Shown: positions 20,809-30,663, counted from the first letter of the stretch. The stretch: DNA of 64,000 nucleotides from Cenarchaeum sp. (GCA_965206845.1 OZ242221.1:1152001-1216000); one strand, 5' to 3'. The notes: generated by a model not told the origin, from the sequence alone. A program made the numbers and translations.

Positions 20809-20985
20809 ATGAAGGTATCATGGGATGAGAAGATCTGCATTCACTCAGGCAAGTGCGTACAGAACCTTCCGTCCGTGTTTCGCGTGCAGGACGGCCGGTT
20901 TGTCATAACCCAGGACGGCGCAGACCCAGGGGAGATCAAAAGGGTGGTAGGGTTGTGCCCGTCCGGAGCCCTAAAGATAGAGTGA
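20809..20985 (+). CDS. Small divergent 4Fe-4S mono-cluster protein (YjdI-like), 58 aa, absent from ORF track
   Basis: Manual translation: MKVSWDEKICIHSGKCVQNLPSVF...VVGLCPSGALKIE. Confidence 0.8.
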   Translation: MKVSWDEKICIHSGKCVQNLPSVFRVQDGRFVITQDGADPGEIKRVVGLCPSGALKIE

Positions 20986-20986
20986 G

Positions 20987-21058
20987 GGCCTCCGGGGGGA
21001 ATCGAACTCCCGTCCGGGGATCCACAGTCCCCTATACTCACCACTATACGACGGAGGC
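20987..21058 (-). tRNA. tRNA-His (GTG)
   Basis: Acceptor GCCTCCG/CGGAGGC; anticodon arm GGGGA-CTGTGGA-TCCCC; TTCGA loop; C discriminator. Confidence 0.93.
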
Positions 21059-21275
21059 CACAAGATTCACGGCAATGCATTCCAGTATTAATCTTTGAGA
21101 TCGCCCCCGGAATATGCGGCGCGCCTGACATGGTACAGCAGGTAGCCATACGGCACCCTGACACCCAGATGCCCGGACAGCCGTGACCCGACGCCTACCG
21201 CATAGGCGCATGCGGAGCTTGCGCCGCGGCGGCTCCGACTCTAGGTTTATTATTAACTGCATCAAAAAATCGGGC

Positions 21276-21359
21276 ATGAGGCGCTACTGGTGGATTACCA
21301 TGGCCGTTGCCGCTGCGCTGACCTACGTGGGCATGGTCTATTACCTTCCCTGGAAGTAG
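21276..21359 (+). CDS. Putative 27-aa single-pass membrane peptide
   Basis: MRRYWWITMAVAAALTYVGMVYYLPWK; TTTATTAT box about 25-30 nt upstream. Confidence 0.45.
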   Translation: MRRYWWITMAVAAALTYVGMVYYLPWK

Positions 21360-21400
21360 CGTCACACCCTGACGATCCGGGGCCCGCGGGTGGCTTGCGC

Positions 21401-22261
21401 CTAGGGGTCGTCAAACCGCACCACATTCGAGATGGCTCCCAGCCCCTGGATCTCCATGTCTATCCTGTCGCCGTCCTTCAGAAACCCAAAGCGGGAGCTC
21501 TTCAGCGCAACGCCCGCGGGCGTGCCGGTGGAGATGACGTCGCCCCGCTCCAGGGTCATCCCGCGGCTGAGCCTTGATATTATCTGCGGTATCCTCACGG
21601 ACATGCCGGCGGTGGTGGCGTCCTGCCTTGTCTGGCCGTTGACCCTGGTCACAAGCTTCAGGCTGTGGGGGTCTGCTATCTCGTCTGCGGTGGTGATCCA
21701 GGGCCCGCATGGCGCAAAGGTGTCCATGCCCTTTGCCCGGCCAAACTGCCCGTCCTTAAACTGGATGTCCCGGGCTGTCACGTCGTTGAGTATCATGTAT
21801 CCTGCCACCGCACCCATGGCCTCGTCCTCGGATACGTTCCTGCACTCCCTGCCCATCACAAAGGCAAGCTCGATCTCATAGTCCAGCTCCCTCACAAAGC
21901 CCGGGCACCTGATGTCTGCGTACGGCCCGGTCAGGGCGGTGCGGGGCTTGAAGACTATGACGGGGCCATCAGATACCGCGACATTCTGCTCTGATGCGTG
22001 ATCATAATAGTTGAAGGCAAGGCATATGATCTTGGGCGGCGCATCGATGGGCGCAAGGACCGTAAACCCGTCCAGATCCTGCTCGTATGATATCCCCTTT
22101 GTGCGTATCTCCTCCAGCCAGCCGTCAAAGAGAAAGCTCTTGACGCTGGCAGGCACCGGCACGCCGGTCTGGCGCGCCATGTCCTCCATGGTGGCCACCA
22201 TGCCGTCCCTTACCACGCCATACGTGTTGACGCCCCCGCTGCAAAGCCGTGCCACCCTCAT
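21401..22261 (-). CDS. Fumarylacetoacetate hydrolase family protein
   Basis: KIIC..NY.DH, DYEIEL, NDVTARD, GDVISTGTPAGV. Confidence 0.92.
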   Translation of the reverse strand: MRVARLCSGGVNTYGVVRDGMVATMEDMARQTGVPVPASVKSFLFDGWLEEIRTKGISYEQDLDGFTVLAPIDAPPKIICLAFNYYDHASEQNVAVSDGPVIVFKPRTALTGPYADIRCPGFVRELDYEIELAFVMGRECRNVSEDEAMGAVAGYMILNDVTARDIQFKDGQFGRAKGMDTFAPCGPWITTADEIADPHSLKLVTRVNGQTRQDATTAGMSVRIPQIISRLSRGMTLERGDVISTGTPAGVALKSSRFGFLKDGDRIDMEIQGLGAISNVVRFDDP

Positions 22262-22267
22262 GATATC

Positions 22268-23998
22268 CTACCTGTGGGTCATGATCGCCCGGTACCCGGA
22301 CTCCTTCCTGCAGTAGCCAAACCTGACAAACTGGATCTCCGTGTCGTCGGCAAGCTCGAGATAGTGCGGCTCGACTGCCACCTCCTCCACCACCAGGCTG
22401 TCCTCGTTGAACTTGCCGTCCACAAAGAGGCGGTTGGTGATTATGAGATTTATCTTGTGCGCCACCCTCCGGGGAACCCACTGCACTATGGGGTAGCCCT
22501 TCATCTCGTCCCCCGAGTACTCCCCTGCCAGGCGGCCTTCGGATGTGATCCTCACGTTGCCCAGCCCCATGAGCCGGATGCAGTCTCCCCGGGACAGCCT
22601 CTCCGCATCGTCGCCAGAGATGAGCACGGTGTCATCGGTTGCCAGCATGCGGCTGCCCAGGTCAGCAGACGGGTGGTTTGCAAGCCTTACCGGGGATGCG
22701 GGCATGCCCCCGACTGCCAGCTCCGTGGGCCTTCTTGCCATGTGCAGCCTGATGCTTGTGGCATCCACCGCCTTGCGGTTAAACGCCTCGAGCGCCCCAA
22801 AGGGCGCCAGCGTGTTTGACTTGGTGAACCCCAGGGACAGGATGAACCTCCTTATGGCCTCGGGCCTTATGCCGCGCCTCCTCATGGCCTCCAGCGTGGG
22901 AAGCCGCGGGTCGTCGTACCACGCGACCTTTTGCTCCTCGATCAGCGGCCGCAGTATCCTCTTGGACACGGGCATGCCCTCAAACTCCAGCCGGGCAAAC
23001 TCCAGCAGGACGGGCTTTCTCATGCCCAGGTCGTCCAGTATGGAACAGTACAGTTGGTCCCTCAGCTCGTACTCCTTGGTCCTGAAGGCGTGCGTGACGC
23101 CGTCGGAGCTGTCCTCAATCGCCACCGCAAAGTCGTAACCCGGCCAGACCCGGTACCGGTCAAGCGTCAGGGGGTGCCGGGCGTCGATTATCCTGAATAT
23201 GATGGGATCCCTCATCACCGTGTTCTCCGAACCCATGTCGCCCCGGTACCTGGCAACGGCCTCGCCGGGCTTGTACTTCTCAAACATCCTCTCCCACATG
23301 TCGTGGTTCTTTCCGGGCTCTGCCCTGCTGCACCTGCAGGGCGCCTTTCTCTGGCGGTTCCTGCTGATCTCGTCCCGCTTGCATGTGCAGACGTACGCGT
23401 GGTTTGTCCTTATCATCTCGGCGCCCTTGGCGTACAGCAGCCCCATGTCGTCTGACGTGTTCTTGATTACGTCGTACCGTATGCCCAGCCACTCCAGGCC
23501 CACCTTTATGGCCGCATAGTACTCGAGCCGCTCCCCCTCGGGGTTGGTGTCGTCCATCCTGAGGATCTTCTTTCCGCCATACCTGTCGACGTACCACTCG
23601 TTTATGATGGCGGCCTTTGCGTGTCCTATGTGCGGGTAGCCGCTTGGCTCCGGCGGAAACCTCGTCACCACGCCGCCGTCCTGCGCGCCCTCAAGGGGCG
23701 GAAGCGCCTGCCCGGTGGAGTAGCCCGCATCTGTGGGGGCGTCCCCTGCGGCATCGCCGGGGCCCGGCTTGGCCGCGTCCTGGTACTCTGCCAGGGCGGC
23801 CCCCTGCTGCTCTGCTGACATGCCGTTGATCTCTGCCACCATATCTGCAATCTCGCCCATGATCTCCTTTGCCTGGCCCCTGTACTCGGGCCTTGCGCCC
23901 AGCAGCTTTGCCAGGACGATCCCGTCGCGGGTCCTGCCGCCGTGCGCGGCGGCATTCTGCAGGGCTATCCTCCTGATGTCGTCTGCGGGCGCTGCCAA
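22268..23998 (-). CDS. gltX: Glutamate--tRNA ligase (archaeal type)
   Basis: RFPPEPSGYPHIGH, RMDDTNP, VSKR, DDPRLPT, QFVRFGY. Confidence 0.95.
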   Translation of the reverse strand: MAAPADDIRRIALQNAAAHGGRTRDGIVLAKLLGARPEYRGQAKEIMGEIADMVAEINGMSAEQQGAALAEYQDAAKPGPGDAAGDAPTDAGYSTGQALPPLEGAQDGGVVTRFPPEPSGYPHIGHAKAAIINEWYVDRYGGKKILRMDDTNPEGERLEYYAAIKVGLEWLGIRYDVIKNTSDDMGLLYAKGAEMIRTNHAYVCTCKRDEISRNRQRKAPCRCSRAEPGKNHDMWERMFEKYKPGEAVARYRGDMGSENTVMRDPIIFRIIDARHPLTLDRYRVWPGYDFAVAIEDSSDGVTHAFRTKEYELRDQLYCSILDDLGMRKPVLLEFARLEFEGMPVSKRILRPLIEEQKVAWYDDPRLPTLEAMRRRGIRPEAIRRFILSLGFTKSNTLAPFGALEAFNRKAVDATSIRLHMARRPTELAVGGMPASPVRLANHPSADLGSRMLATDDTVLISGDDAERLSRGDCIRLMGLGNVRITSEGRLAGEYSGDEMKGYPIVQWVPRRVAHKINLIITNRLFVDGKFNEDSLVVEEVAVEPHYLELADDTEIQFVRFGYCRKESGYRAIMTHR

Positions 23999-23999
23999 G

Positions 24000-24967
24000 T
24001 CAAAGGCTCCTCTTTACGACAAAGTCCAGCAGGGACTCCAGCTCGTCTTTTGCGGCGCCCGAGTACGCGCCCAGGCGGGTGCGCGCCCTCTTGGCGTACC
24101 GGTTCGAGCGGAGCCTGACGGCATCCTCTATCCCCAGATCCCGGATCACGCTCACCGCCGCGTCTAGGTCCTCCTTTGTGGCGCCGGGGTTTCCAAAGCA
24201 CTTCAGTATGGCGTCCCGGTCGTCCCCGTCGCCCCGTCAATCGCCGCCAGTATGGGCAGGGACTTTTTGCCCTCCCGCAGGTCGTTTCCCACGGGCTTCT
24301 TTGTGAGGCCAGGATCCCCCATCACGCCGATGAGGTCGTCAGTTATCTGGAATGTGATGCCAAGGTTCTTCCCGAATGCGGACATGTTCGAGATGTCATC
24401 CCGCCCGGCGCCGGCGCAGATGGCGCCCATGGAGCACGAGACGTCAAAGAGGGCCGCGGTCTTTTTGCTGATCATCCTGACGTACTCCCTCTGCGACGGT
24501 ATCCTGCTGCTCTGGGACATGGCTATGTCCAGCTGCTGGCCCTCGCATATGTCGACGCACCCCCCTGCCAGCCTGCCCATGAGCTCCGTTGCCATATCCT
24601 GTGGGGCAAGGCTCGCTATCACCTGGTACGCCTTTGAGAAGAGCACGTCGCCTGCCAGGATCGCCAGCGGAACCCCAAACTTGCTGTGGGTGGTGGGGAC
24701 GCCGTGCCTGACCTCGTCGTTGTCCATTATGTCGTCGTGCACCAAAGAGAAGTTGTGGATCATCTCGACTGCGGCGGCAGCTGGCATGGCGTCTGCCGGC
24801 TTGCCTCCCAGGAGCTGGCAGCTCTTCAACACCATGTACGGCCGGAGCCTCTTTCCGCCGTTCCTGATCAGGTGCGATGCCGCCACATACAGGCTGTCGG
24901 GGCTCCCCCGTAGCCTTGCAAGGAGGTACCGGTTTACAGCGCCGGCGCTCTTCTGCGGCCCACTCAC
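24000..24967 (-). CDS. Polyprenyl (geranylgeranyl) diphosphate synthase, 1-nt frameshift in a G run near 24225
   Basis: GGKRLRP, HDDIMD, FQITDD, DLREGKKS; adding one G gives ...DDRDAILKCFG...LLDFVVKRSL* ending next to the gltX start. Confidence 0.85.
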
Positions 24968-25602
24968 CTGACCAGCCTCCAGTTGCCGTCGGGGATGTGC
25001 TTCCGTATGGACTTTGCCAGCTGCTCCCTCATGGCAGGCCCGGACCACTCCTCCAGGACGCTGCCGTACTTTTCCCGCGCCCCGGCGTCGGACTCCGGAA
25101 GGAGGTATAGCGCGATGAGCATCCAGGGGCAGTACATCATGACGTCCTCCCTCATGCCTGCCAGCAGCTCGCCGGGGGACACCGTGGCGACCTCGCTTAT
25201 CTCGCCTGCGTCCACGCCAAACCTCTCATTCTGGTCCACCAGCCCGATTACGGTTCCGCAGACCTCGTTCTCGGATCCCACGTCCATGTACGGCACGTGG
25301 TACTCGAACTTGAAGAGGTAGTCCATCTTGCAGGCCGCCCCCATCTCCTCGGGCATCCTCCTCTCTGCGGACGAGACATACGTCTCAGACTCCCGCGGGT
25401 GGCTGGCAAACGTCCCGTCCCATATGCCGGGCCACAGCATCTTGGTGGGGCTCCGCCGCGCCAGGACCAGCCTGCCGTCCGCGTCAAAGAGCAGCGCGGT
25501 GAACGCGCGGTGCAGCCTTCCGTGGGGCAGGTGGCACCTTACCTTCTCGTCCGTGCCGGTCCGGCGATCGTCCCCGTCTACCAGAACTAGATACTCAGTC
25601 AT
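24964..25602 (-). CDS. idi: Isopentenyl-diphosphate isomerase, type 1 (Nudix fold)
   Basis: LHRAF, RRSP.K.LWPG.WD, SHP, ENEVC, PW. Confidence 0.9.
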   Translation of the reverse strand: MTEYLVLVDGDDRRTGTDEKVRCHLPHGRLHRAFTALLFDADGRLVLARRSPTKMLWPGIWDGTFASHPRESETYVSSAERRMPEEMGAACKMDYLFKFEYHVPYMDVGSENEVCGTVIGLVDQNERFGVDAGEISEVATVSPGELLAGMREDVMMYCPWMLIALYLLPESDAGAREKYGSVLEEWSGPAMREQLAKSIRKHIPDGNWRLVR

Positions 25603-25603
25603 C

Positions 25604-26362
25604 TTACCTGCCTCTGAATAGGGTGCCCCGGAATTTCTTTCTTTTTACCGCGTCTGCGATGCGCCCGGGGTCGTGGCCGTTTACAAAGAACACGTCGTGG
25701 CCCATACCGGATATCTGCATGGCCTCCTGCACCTTTCGCGCCATTCCGCCGGTGACGTCCATTCCGTTATCAGACGTGCGGAAGCTCTGGCCGTCCACCA
25801 CGTCTATGACGGACTCGGACTCGGGATCCCGGTACAGGCCGTCCACGTCCGTGGCAAATATGCAGAGCCGCGGCTTTAGCGTCCGGGCCATCATGCCCAC
25901 GATGCGATCCCCCGAGAGTATGTACGATGCGCCCCGGCCGTGCCAGAGGGCGTCGCCGTACGTCACCGGGGTCATGCCGGACTCGGCTATGTCCCCAGCC
26001 TCCCTTATGCCTGCGGGGGCGGCCCTGCCCCCCCTGACAAAGCCCGCCGGCGGCAGGCAGTACGGGCTCATGCCGCACCGAAGAAGCGAGTCCAGGATTA
26101 TCTTGTTCAGCTCTACCATCGAGTTCTTTACGGTGGCCACGCCCCGGGCGTCATGCCTCTCGGGCCTTGTGTGCATGTCGTACTTTACAGACCAGTGGTG
26201 CCCAAAGGAGCCGCCCCCGTGCACTATGACCAGCGGCTCGCCGAGATCCGCCAGGACATCTGCCATGCCGTCTATGGTTTTGTGCCTGGGCGTCAGCGGC
26301 TTGCCCTTGTCGGTGATTATCGAGCCGCCCATCTTTAGGATTATCATGATATCATCCTGCAT
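25604..26362 (-). CDS. ipk: Isopentenyl phosphate kinase
   Basis: KMGGSIITDK, VHGGGSFGH, SGD, DVTGGM. Confidence 0.92.
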   Translation of the reverse strand: MQDDIMIILKMGGSIITDKGKPLTPRHKTIDGMADVLADLGEPLVIVHGGGSFGHHWSVKYDMHTRPERHDARGVATVKNSMVELNKIILDSLLRCGMSPYCLPPAGFVRGGRAAPAGIREAGDIAESGMTPVTYGDALWHGRGASYILSGDRIVGMMARTLKPRLCIFATDVDGLYRDPESESVIDVVDGQSFRTSDNGMDVTGGMARKVQEAMQISGMGHDVFFVNGHDPGRIADAVKRKKFRGTLFRGR

Positions 26363-26386
26363 ATTTTCATGCAGTTAAAGGTATTC

Positions 26387-26755
26387 GGGAATTATATGCC
26401 TGGTTAGCGACCATGCCTTTTTCTGGCGCTCTCTCCGGCACTTGGCTCTCGTGCCTTGTTAACGGAGCGCATGGGAGCAATCCCATGCTGGAATCTCGCG
26501 CCTTGGGACGACATTCCCTGCCGCCCTGTTGCCCAAATGGCAACTTGTATGCGGCATTGACGTCCGCGTTGTCTGCACATCCACATTTGTCATTCGTGCA
26601 TTTGAACTCCGCCTGCGCGGACTGTCTGTCGGATATGGGACTCCATGACGGTATTCCTTCAGTCAGCTCAATCAACAGCGCAGGAGAGCCAAGTGTGGGA
26701 TGGATCGCAGGAACGTCAGAAAAAGGCCTGGTTGCTAATCAAGTATATGGTTCCC
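26387..26755. mobile_element. Internally deleted TnpB-family element (MITE-like) with long inverted ends and ATTC duplication
   Basis: Ends GGGAA.../...TTCCC; ATTC at 26383-26386 and 26756-26759; tnpB C-terminal remnant FKCTNDKC..ADVNAA on the minus strand; ends homologous to those of 36041-37926. Confidence 0.82.
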
Positions 26756-27689
26756 ATTCCAGTCCTGGGCAGTCTATCTGGCTTGACATGTGCTCCTCGG
26801 GGCCAGTCCAGCGAGCGGCGCCCCTGTCTGTCAGCGCGATTATGCAGCCGCCGCCCCCGGCGCCGGTTATCTTGGAGCCGTAGGTGTGCCTGTCCGCTGA
26901 CGATACCATGCGGCGGAGCGTATCGTTTGATGCCCCTATTCTGGCAAGGTTCCTCTGGTTCTCGCTCATGCACCGGCCCAGCTCCCTCAGGTCGCCTGCC
27001 TTGAGCGCGGGCATGATGGCGCCTGCCAGCGCCTCTTGGGCGCGCATCATACCTGCGAATGCCTCGGGGTTGTCCCTCTGGTACCTTGCCACCCTGTCCA
27101 CTACGTCTGCCGTGGAGCGCTCCTGCCCCGAGTTTATGATCAGTACCGTGATGTCGCGGTTCGCCTCCACCCTCTTGATGCCGGCGCCGGTGCTGTACTC
27201 GATGGTTCCGCCCCGCGCGGACACGGCCGTGTCTATTCCAGATGCGCGGGGAAATATGGTCCTCTCGGCGTCCACTGCCACCTCGATGATGCGATCCGTG
27301 CCCATCCTTGGCCTGCCGGCCATCCCGGCATACATCCCGGATACCGCGGCGGCTGCCGCAACGCAGCATGCAGAGGACGAGCCGAGTCCCGCACCAGGGG
27401 GAATCTGCGAGGCTATGGAGATTCTGGCGCCGTACTCCGAGCCGTACTCCTCTCGCATCCTCTCTGCCATGTAGACAAAGGGCCTGATCTCCCGGCGCGC
27501 CTCGCCGTCTGCATGCCCGTGCTCCAGGGTACCGAACATGCCGGTCACCGTGGTCTTTTGCTCCTTCTGCTCCCCTGCTGATACCGTGACCCGCAGGTCT
27601 ACCGCGGTGGCCACCGCCCGTCCGCCGTACACCACAAAGTGCTCCCCGAACAGGATCACCTTGCCCGGAGCTGACACTGCCACCCTCAT
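26739..27689 (-). CDS. mvk: Mevalonate kinase (last codons supplied by the inserted element)
   Basis: APGKVILFGEH, PPGAGLGSSSA, SGID, KITGAGGGG. Confidence 0.95.
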   Translation of the reverse strand: MRVAVSAPGKVILFGEHFVVYGGRAVATAVDLRVTVSAGEQKEQKTTVTGMFGTLEHGHADGEARREIRPFVYMAERMREEYGSEYGARISIASQIPPGAGLGSSSACCVAAAAAVSGMYAGMAGRPRMGTDRIIEVAVDAERTIFPRASGIDTAVSARGGTIEYSTGAGIKRVEANRDITVLIINSGQERSTADVVDRVARYQRDNPEAFAGMMRAQEALAGAIMPALKAGDLRELGRCMSENQRNLARIGASNDTLRRMVSSADRHTYGSKITGAGGGGCIIALTDRGAARWTGPEEHMSSQIDCPGLEWEPYT

Positions 27690-28510
27690 ACGAACACCAC
27701 AGAACCGTACCCTACGACAGAGTCCATGTCTCCTGTGACATCACCGCTTGTGGCGTATTTTAGCAGCTCCCCCCGAGTGGCCCCCAGCTCCCGGGACGCG
27801 ACCATGGTGGCGGCAACTGCGCCATACCCGCATGCGCTGACCTGCCGCTCCTCCAGTATGTCATAGAACCGGTGCACGTCAAGCTCCAGCACCGCCCCGA
27901 TCAGCGCCATGTCCTGCTCGCGGGCGCGCCCCTCCGGCTCATAGTGCGTAAAGTCAGACGAGCCTATCACCATCATGCCGGCATCGTGCATCCGGGCCAC
28001 CGCCATGCCGAGCCCGATGGCCGCCGCCTTAGTCTGGTCGATCATCGCAACGGGCAGTATCCTAAAGTCCGAGAACGCCTGCTGTATCATGGGGATCTGG
28101 ACCTCGATGCTGTGCTCCCTAGAGTGGGAGAAGAAGTCGATCTCCACGTCCGATGTTCCCGCCAGGCGGCGCGCCGCCTGCGAGTCGACCTCGACGCCCC
28201 CCAGCGGGGTCTCCCAGAGGCAGTCCGCGGGAGCCGCCATGTTGCGGCCCACCCCCCAGTGGTTGGGGCCTATCACGACAAACGTGTTGTACCTGTTGCC
28301 GGACATGGCGTGAAACGAGTGGCACGCCACGGGCCCGGAGTATACGTATCCCGCATGGGGGCAGATCGCGCCGTATATCTTTCGTGGCTCTGCCGGGGGC
28401 ATGCTGCCAGGACCGAGCCGGTGCAGGTATGACTCCTCGATAGCTCTTCTGAGACTGCTTGCGTCAGCGGGATAGAACGCCCCCGCTACCGCGGGTGTCC
28501 TTGTGCGCAT
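27686..28510 (-). CDS. MEMO1 family protein
   Basis: PAVAG.FYP, PHAGY.YSG, EHSIEVQ, SSDFTHY, VVGY. Confidence 0.92.
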   Translation of the reverse strand: MRTRTPAVAGAFYPADASSLRRAIEESYLHRLGPGSMPPAEPRKIYGAICPHAGYVYSGPVACHSFHAMSGNRYNTFVVIGPNHWGVGRNMAAPADCLWETPLGGVEVDSQAARRLAGTSDVEIDFFSHSREHSIEVQIPMIQQAFSDFRILPVAMIDQTKAAAIGLGMAVARMHDAGMMVIGSSDFTHYEPEGRAREQDMALIGAVLELDVHRFYDILEERQVSACGYGAVAATMVASRELGATRGELLKYATSGDVTGDMDSVVGYGSVVFV

Positions 28511-29133
28511 TACTCGATTGCCTCTTCGGTGCTCTTGGTCTCAAAGTCGTCTATGTCGTACTTTATGGACTCGCCGGCCTTGAGATCGCCGCGATCCATC
28601 AGGATCTCCTGGGCCAAGAGCCAGTACACCGCCGCCAGCGCCTTGCGGCCCCGGTTGTTTGCGGGTATCACCAGGTCGATCTTTGAGGTGATGTTGTCGG
28701 TGTCTGACATCCCGATGATGGGGATTCCCGCGTTGGTGGCCTCGGTGATCGTCTGCCCGTCCACCGCCGGATCCGTTATCACCACCAGCTTGGGCTCGAT
28801 ATAGTACGGGAGTGACGGGTTGGTCAGCGTGCCGGGCATGAACCTGCCCAGCTTTGCCATTGCGCCTGTCACCTCGCAGAACTTTTCAATGGGCGTGGTC
28901 GCGTTTATCCTTCCGGAGCAGACTATCATGTTCTCTATGCCTACCCTGTTGATGAACCGCGCCGCGATGCCGATCCTGTCCAGGGTGATGGTGAGATCCA
29001 GCATGTAGAGGCCGTCGGGGTCGGGCTTTGTGATGAACGGCTTCATGAACTTGGTCTTTACCGGTGTGCCGACCCTGATGCCCGTGGTGAGGATCCTCTT
29101 TCTTATCTCAGTAAACTCCTGCTGCTGGCTCAT
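28510..29133 (-). CDS. rps2: 30S ribosomal protein S2
   Basis: GRFMPGTLTN, DTDN, IPANNRG. Confidence 0.95.
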   Translation of the reverse strand: MSQQQEFTEIRKRILTTGIRVGTPVKTKFMKPFITKPDPDGLYMLDLTITLDRIGIAARFINRVGIENMIVCSGRINATTPIEKFCEVTGAMAKLGRFMPGTLTNPSLPYYIEPKLVVITDPAVDGQTITEATNAGIPIIGMSDTDNITSKIDLVIPANNRGRKALAAVYWLLAQEILMDRGDLKAGESIKYDIDDFETKSTEEAIE

Positions 29134-30383
29134 GTTTGATCTCTGATTCTTGCCATACCACATATTAAGTCATGCTCCTCGAGCCGCAGCAGCTCGTTGA
29201 GCTTGGCCACCCGCTCGCCGCCCACTATGCCCACCTTGAGGAGCTTGGATCCCGTGGCTATGCCGATGTGGGAGATCTGGCTGTCAGTGGACTCGCCGGA
29301 CCTGTGGGACGTGATCAGCGATATGCCGTTCCGGTCTGCCAGCCGGGCAAACTCCATGGCATCCTGCAGGCTGCCTGCCTGGTTCACCTTCAGGATGGCG
29401 GCGTTGCAGGAGCCGCAGTCTATGGCCCTCTGCAGTATCGTGGCATTGGTCACCGTGAGGTCGTCGCCGGTTATCATGACGCCGGGGAACCTCCTGGCAA
29501 GCTCGGACATCTGCTCGAACGCCTCCTCGTGCACTGCGTCCTCTGCGTATGCCAGCTTGTACTTCTTTATTATATCCGAGGCAAACTCGATCTGCTCTCC
29601 GGCGTCGTTCTCAAAGCCGCCCCTCCTGTAGTCGTATGTGTTGCCGTTCCACTGCGTGGATGCCGCAAAGTCCACGCCCAGGGAGACCTCCCTGCCGGGG
29701 GTGTATCCCAGCCTCTCGCATGCACGGGTTGCCATCTCCAGCGCCCCGTAGTTGTCCGTCTCCGGGGCCCATCCGCCCTCGTCCCCCCTGCCGCCGGAGA
29801 ATCCCGGGTCGCGCTCCAGTATGACGCGCCCAAGCTCCCGGTGTATGGCAAGGTTTGTCTCCACCGCCTCCCGGACGGACTTTGCGCCCGTTGCGGCGAT
29901 CAAGATCTCCTGGATGTCCGGAGTCCCGGGGCCCGCATGCGCGCCTCCTCCCAGTATGTTTCCCAGAGGGTAGGGGAACCAGAACGTGTCGGCGCCTGAG
30001 AGCAGCCTGAAGAGGGGCATGTCGTGCGCCCTTGCGGCCGAGTCTGCGGCAGCTATGGTGACGGCGTATGCCACAGAGCCGCCGATCATGCCATAGTCTG
30101 CCGAGCCGTCTATGGCGCGCACCGCAGCGTGGACCGACTCCAGATCCCCGGCGTCCAGCCCGACGAATTTCCCTGCGTTTACCTTGAGAATCTCCAGGCT
30201 CTTTTCGGGCCCGCCTTCCGGAAAGCTTTGGGCCTCGTACTTTCCAACGCTTGCGCCCGACGGGGCGCACGCCCTTCCGAGGTGGGTGCCGTCTGACATG
30301 ACGTCAACCTCGATGGTCTTGCTGCCGCGGCTGTTGTGTATGATGCGGCCCGTTATGGATGTGATCGAGGGCAACTCATTCAA
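29130..30383 (-). CDS. eno: Enolase
   Basis: PSGAS.G..EA, GDEGG, GDDL, LKVNQ.G, SHRSGE. Confidence 0.95.
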   Translation of the reverse strand: MNELPSITSITGRIIHNSRGSKTIEVDVMSDGTHLGRACAPSGASVGKYEAQSFPEGGPEKSLEILKVNAGKFVGLDAGDLESVHAAVRAIDGSADYGMIGGSVAYAVTIAAADSAARAHDMPLFRLLSGADTFWFPYPLGNILGGGAHAGPGTPDIQEILIAATGAKSVREAVETNLAIHRELGRVILERDPGFSGGRGDEGGWAPETDNYGALEMATRACERLGYTPGREVSLGVDFAASTQWNGNTYDYRRGGFENDAGEQIEFASDIIKKYKLAYAEDAVHEEAFEQMSELARRFPGVMITGDDLTVTNATILQRAIDCGSCNAAILKVNQAGSLQDAMEFARLADRNGISLITSHRSGESTDSQISHIGIATGSKLLKVGIVGGERVAKLNELLRLEEHDLICGMARIRDQT

Positions 30384-30612
30384 GCTCGTGCTCGATCTCT
30401 AGGTGTCTCTTCTGAATCGCCTCGTAGAATGGGACAATCTGCTGTATGGTCTCCACGGTTGTGAGCAGCATGCGCCGGCAGCAGTACCTGCTGACTCCCA
30501 GCGAGTCCAGAACCGTTGCGGCGTCCTCGTCTGCGCTTACCCTGGCCTTGTAACTCTCAAACTTGTCTGCGATGAGGTTGCCGCAGGTAAAACATCTGAC
30601 TGGAATTAGCAC
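30376..30612 (-). CDS. rpoN: RNA polymerase subunit Rpo10 (N)
   Basis: IPVRCFTCG and RYCCRRML. Confidence 0.97.
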   Translation of the reverse strand: MLIPVRCFTCGNLIADKFESYKARVSADEDAATVLDSLGVSRYCCRRMLLTTVETIQQIVPFYEAIQKRHLEIEHELE

Positions 30613-30663
30613 AGATTCGCAGGGTAATCAAGGATTATAAAAACCCTGCATGGATTGTTGGAT

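Noticed and set aside
24964-25602. Type 1 IDI lacking the usual catalytic Cys (WDGTFASHP)
   Set aside because: As I recall, this variant is normal for archaeal type 1 IDIs; not verified here and not treated as novel.
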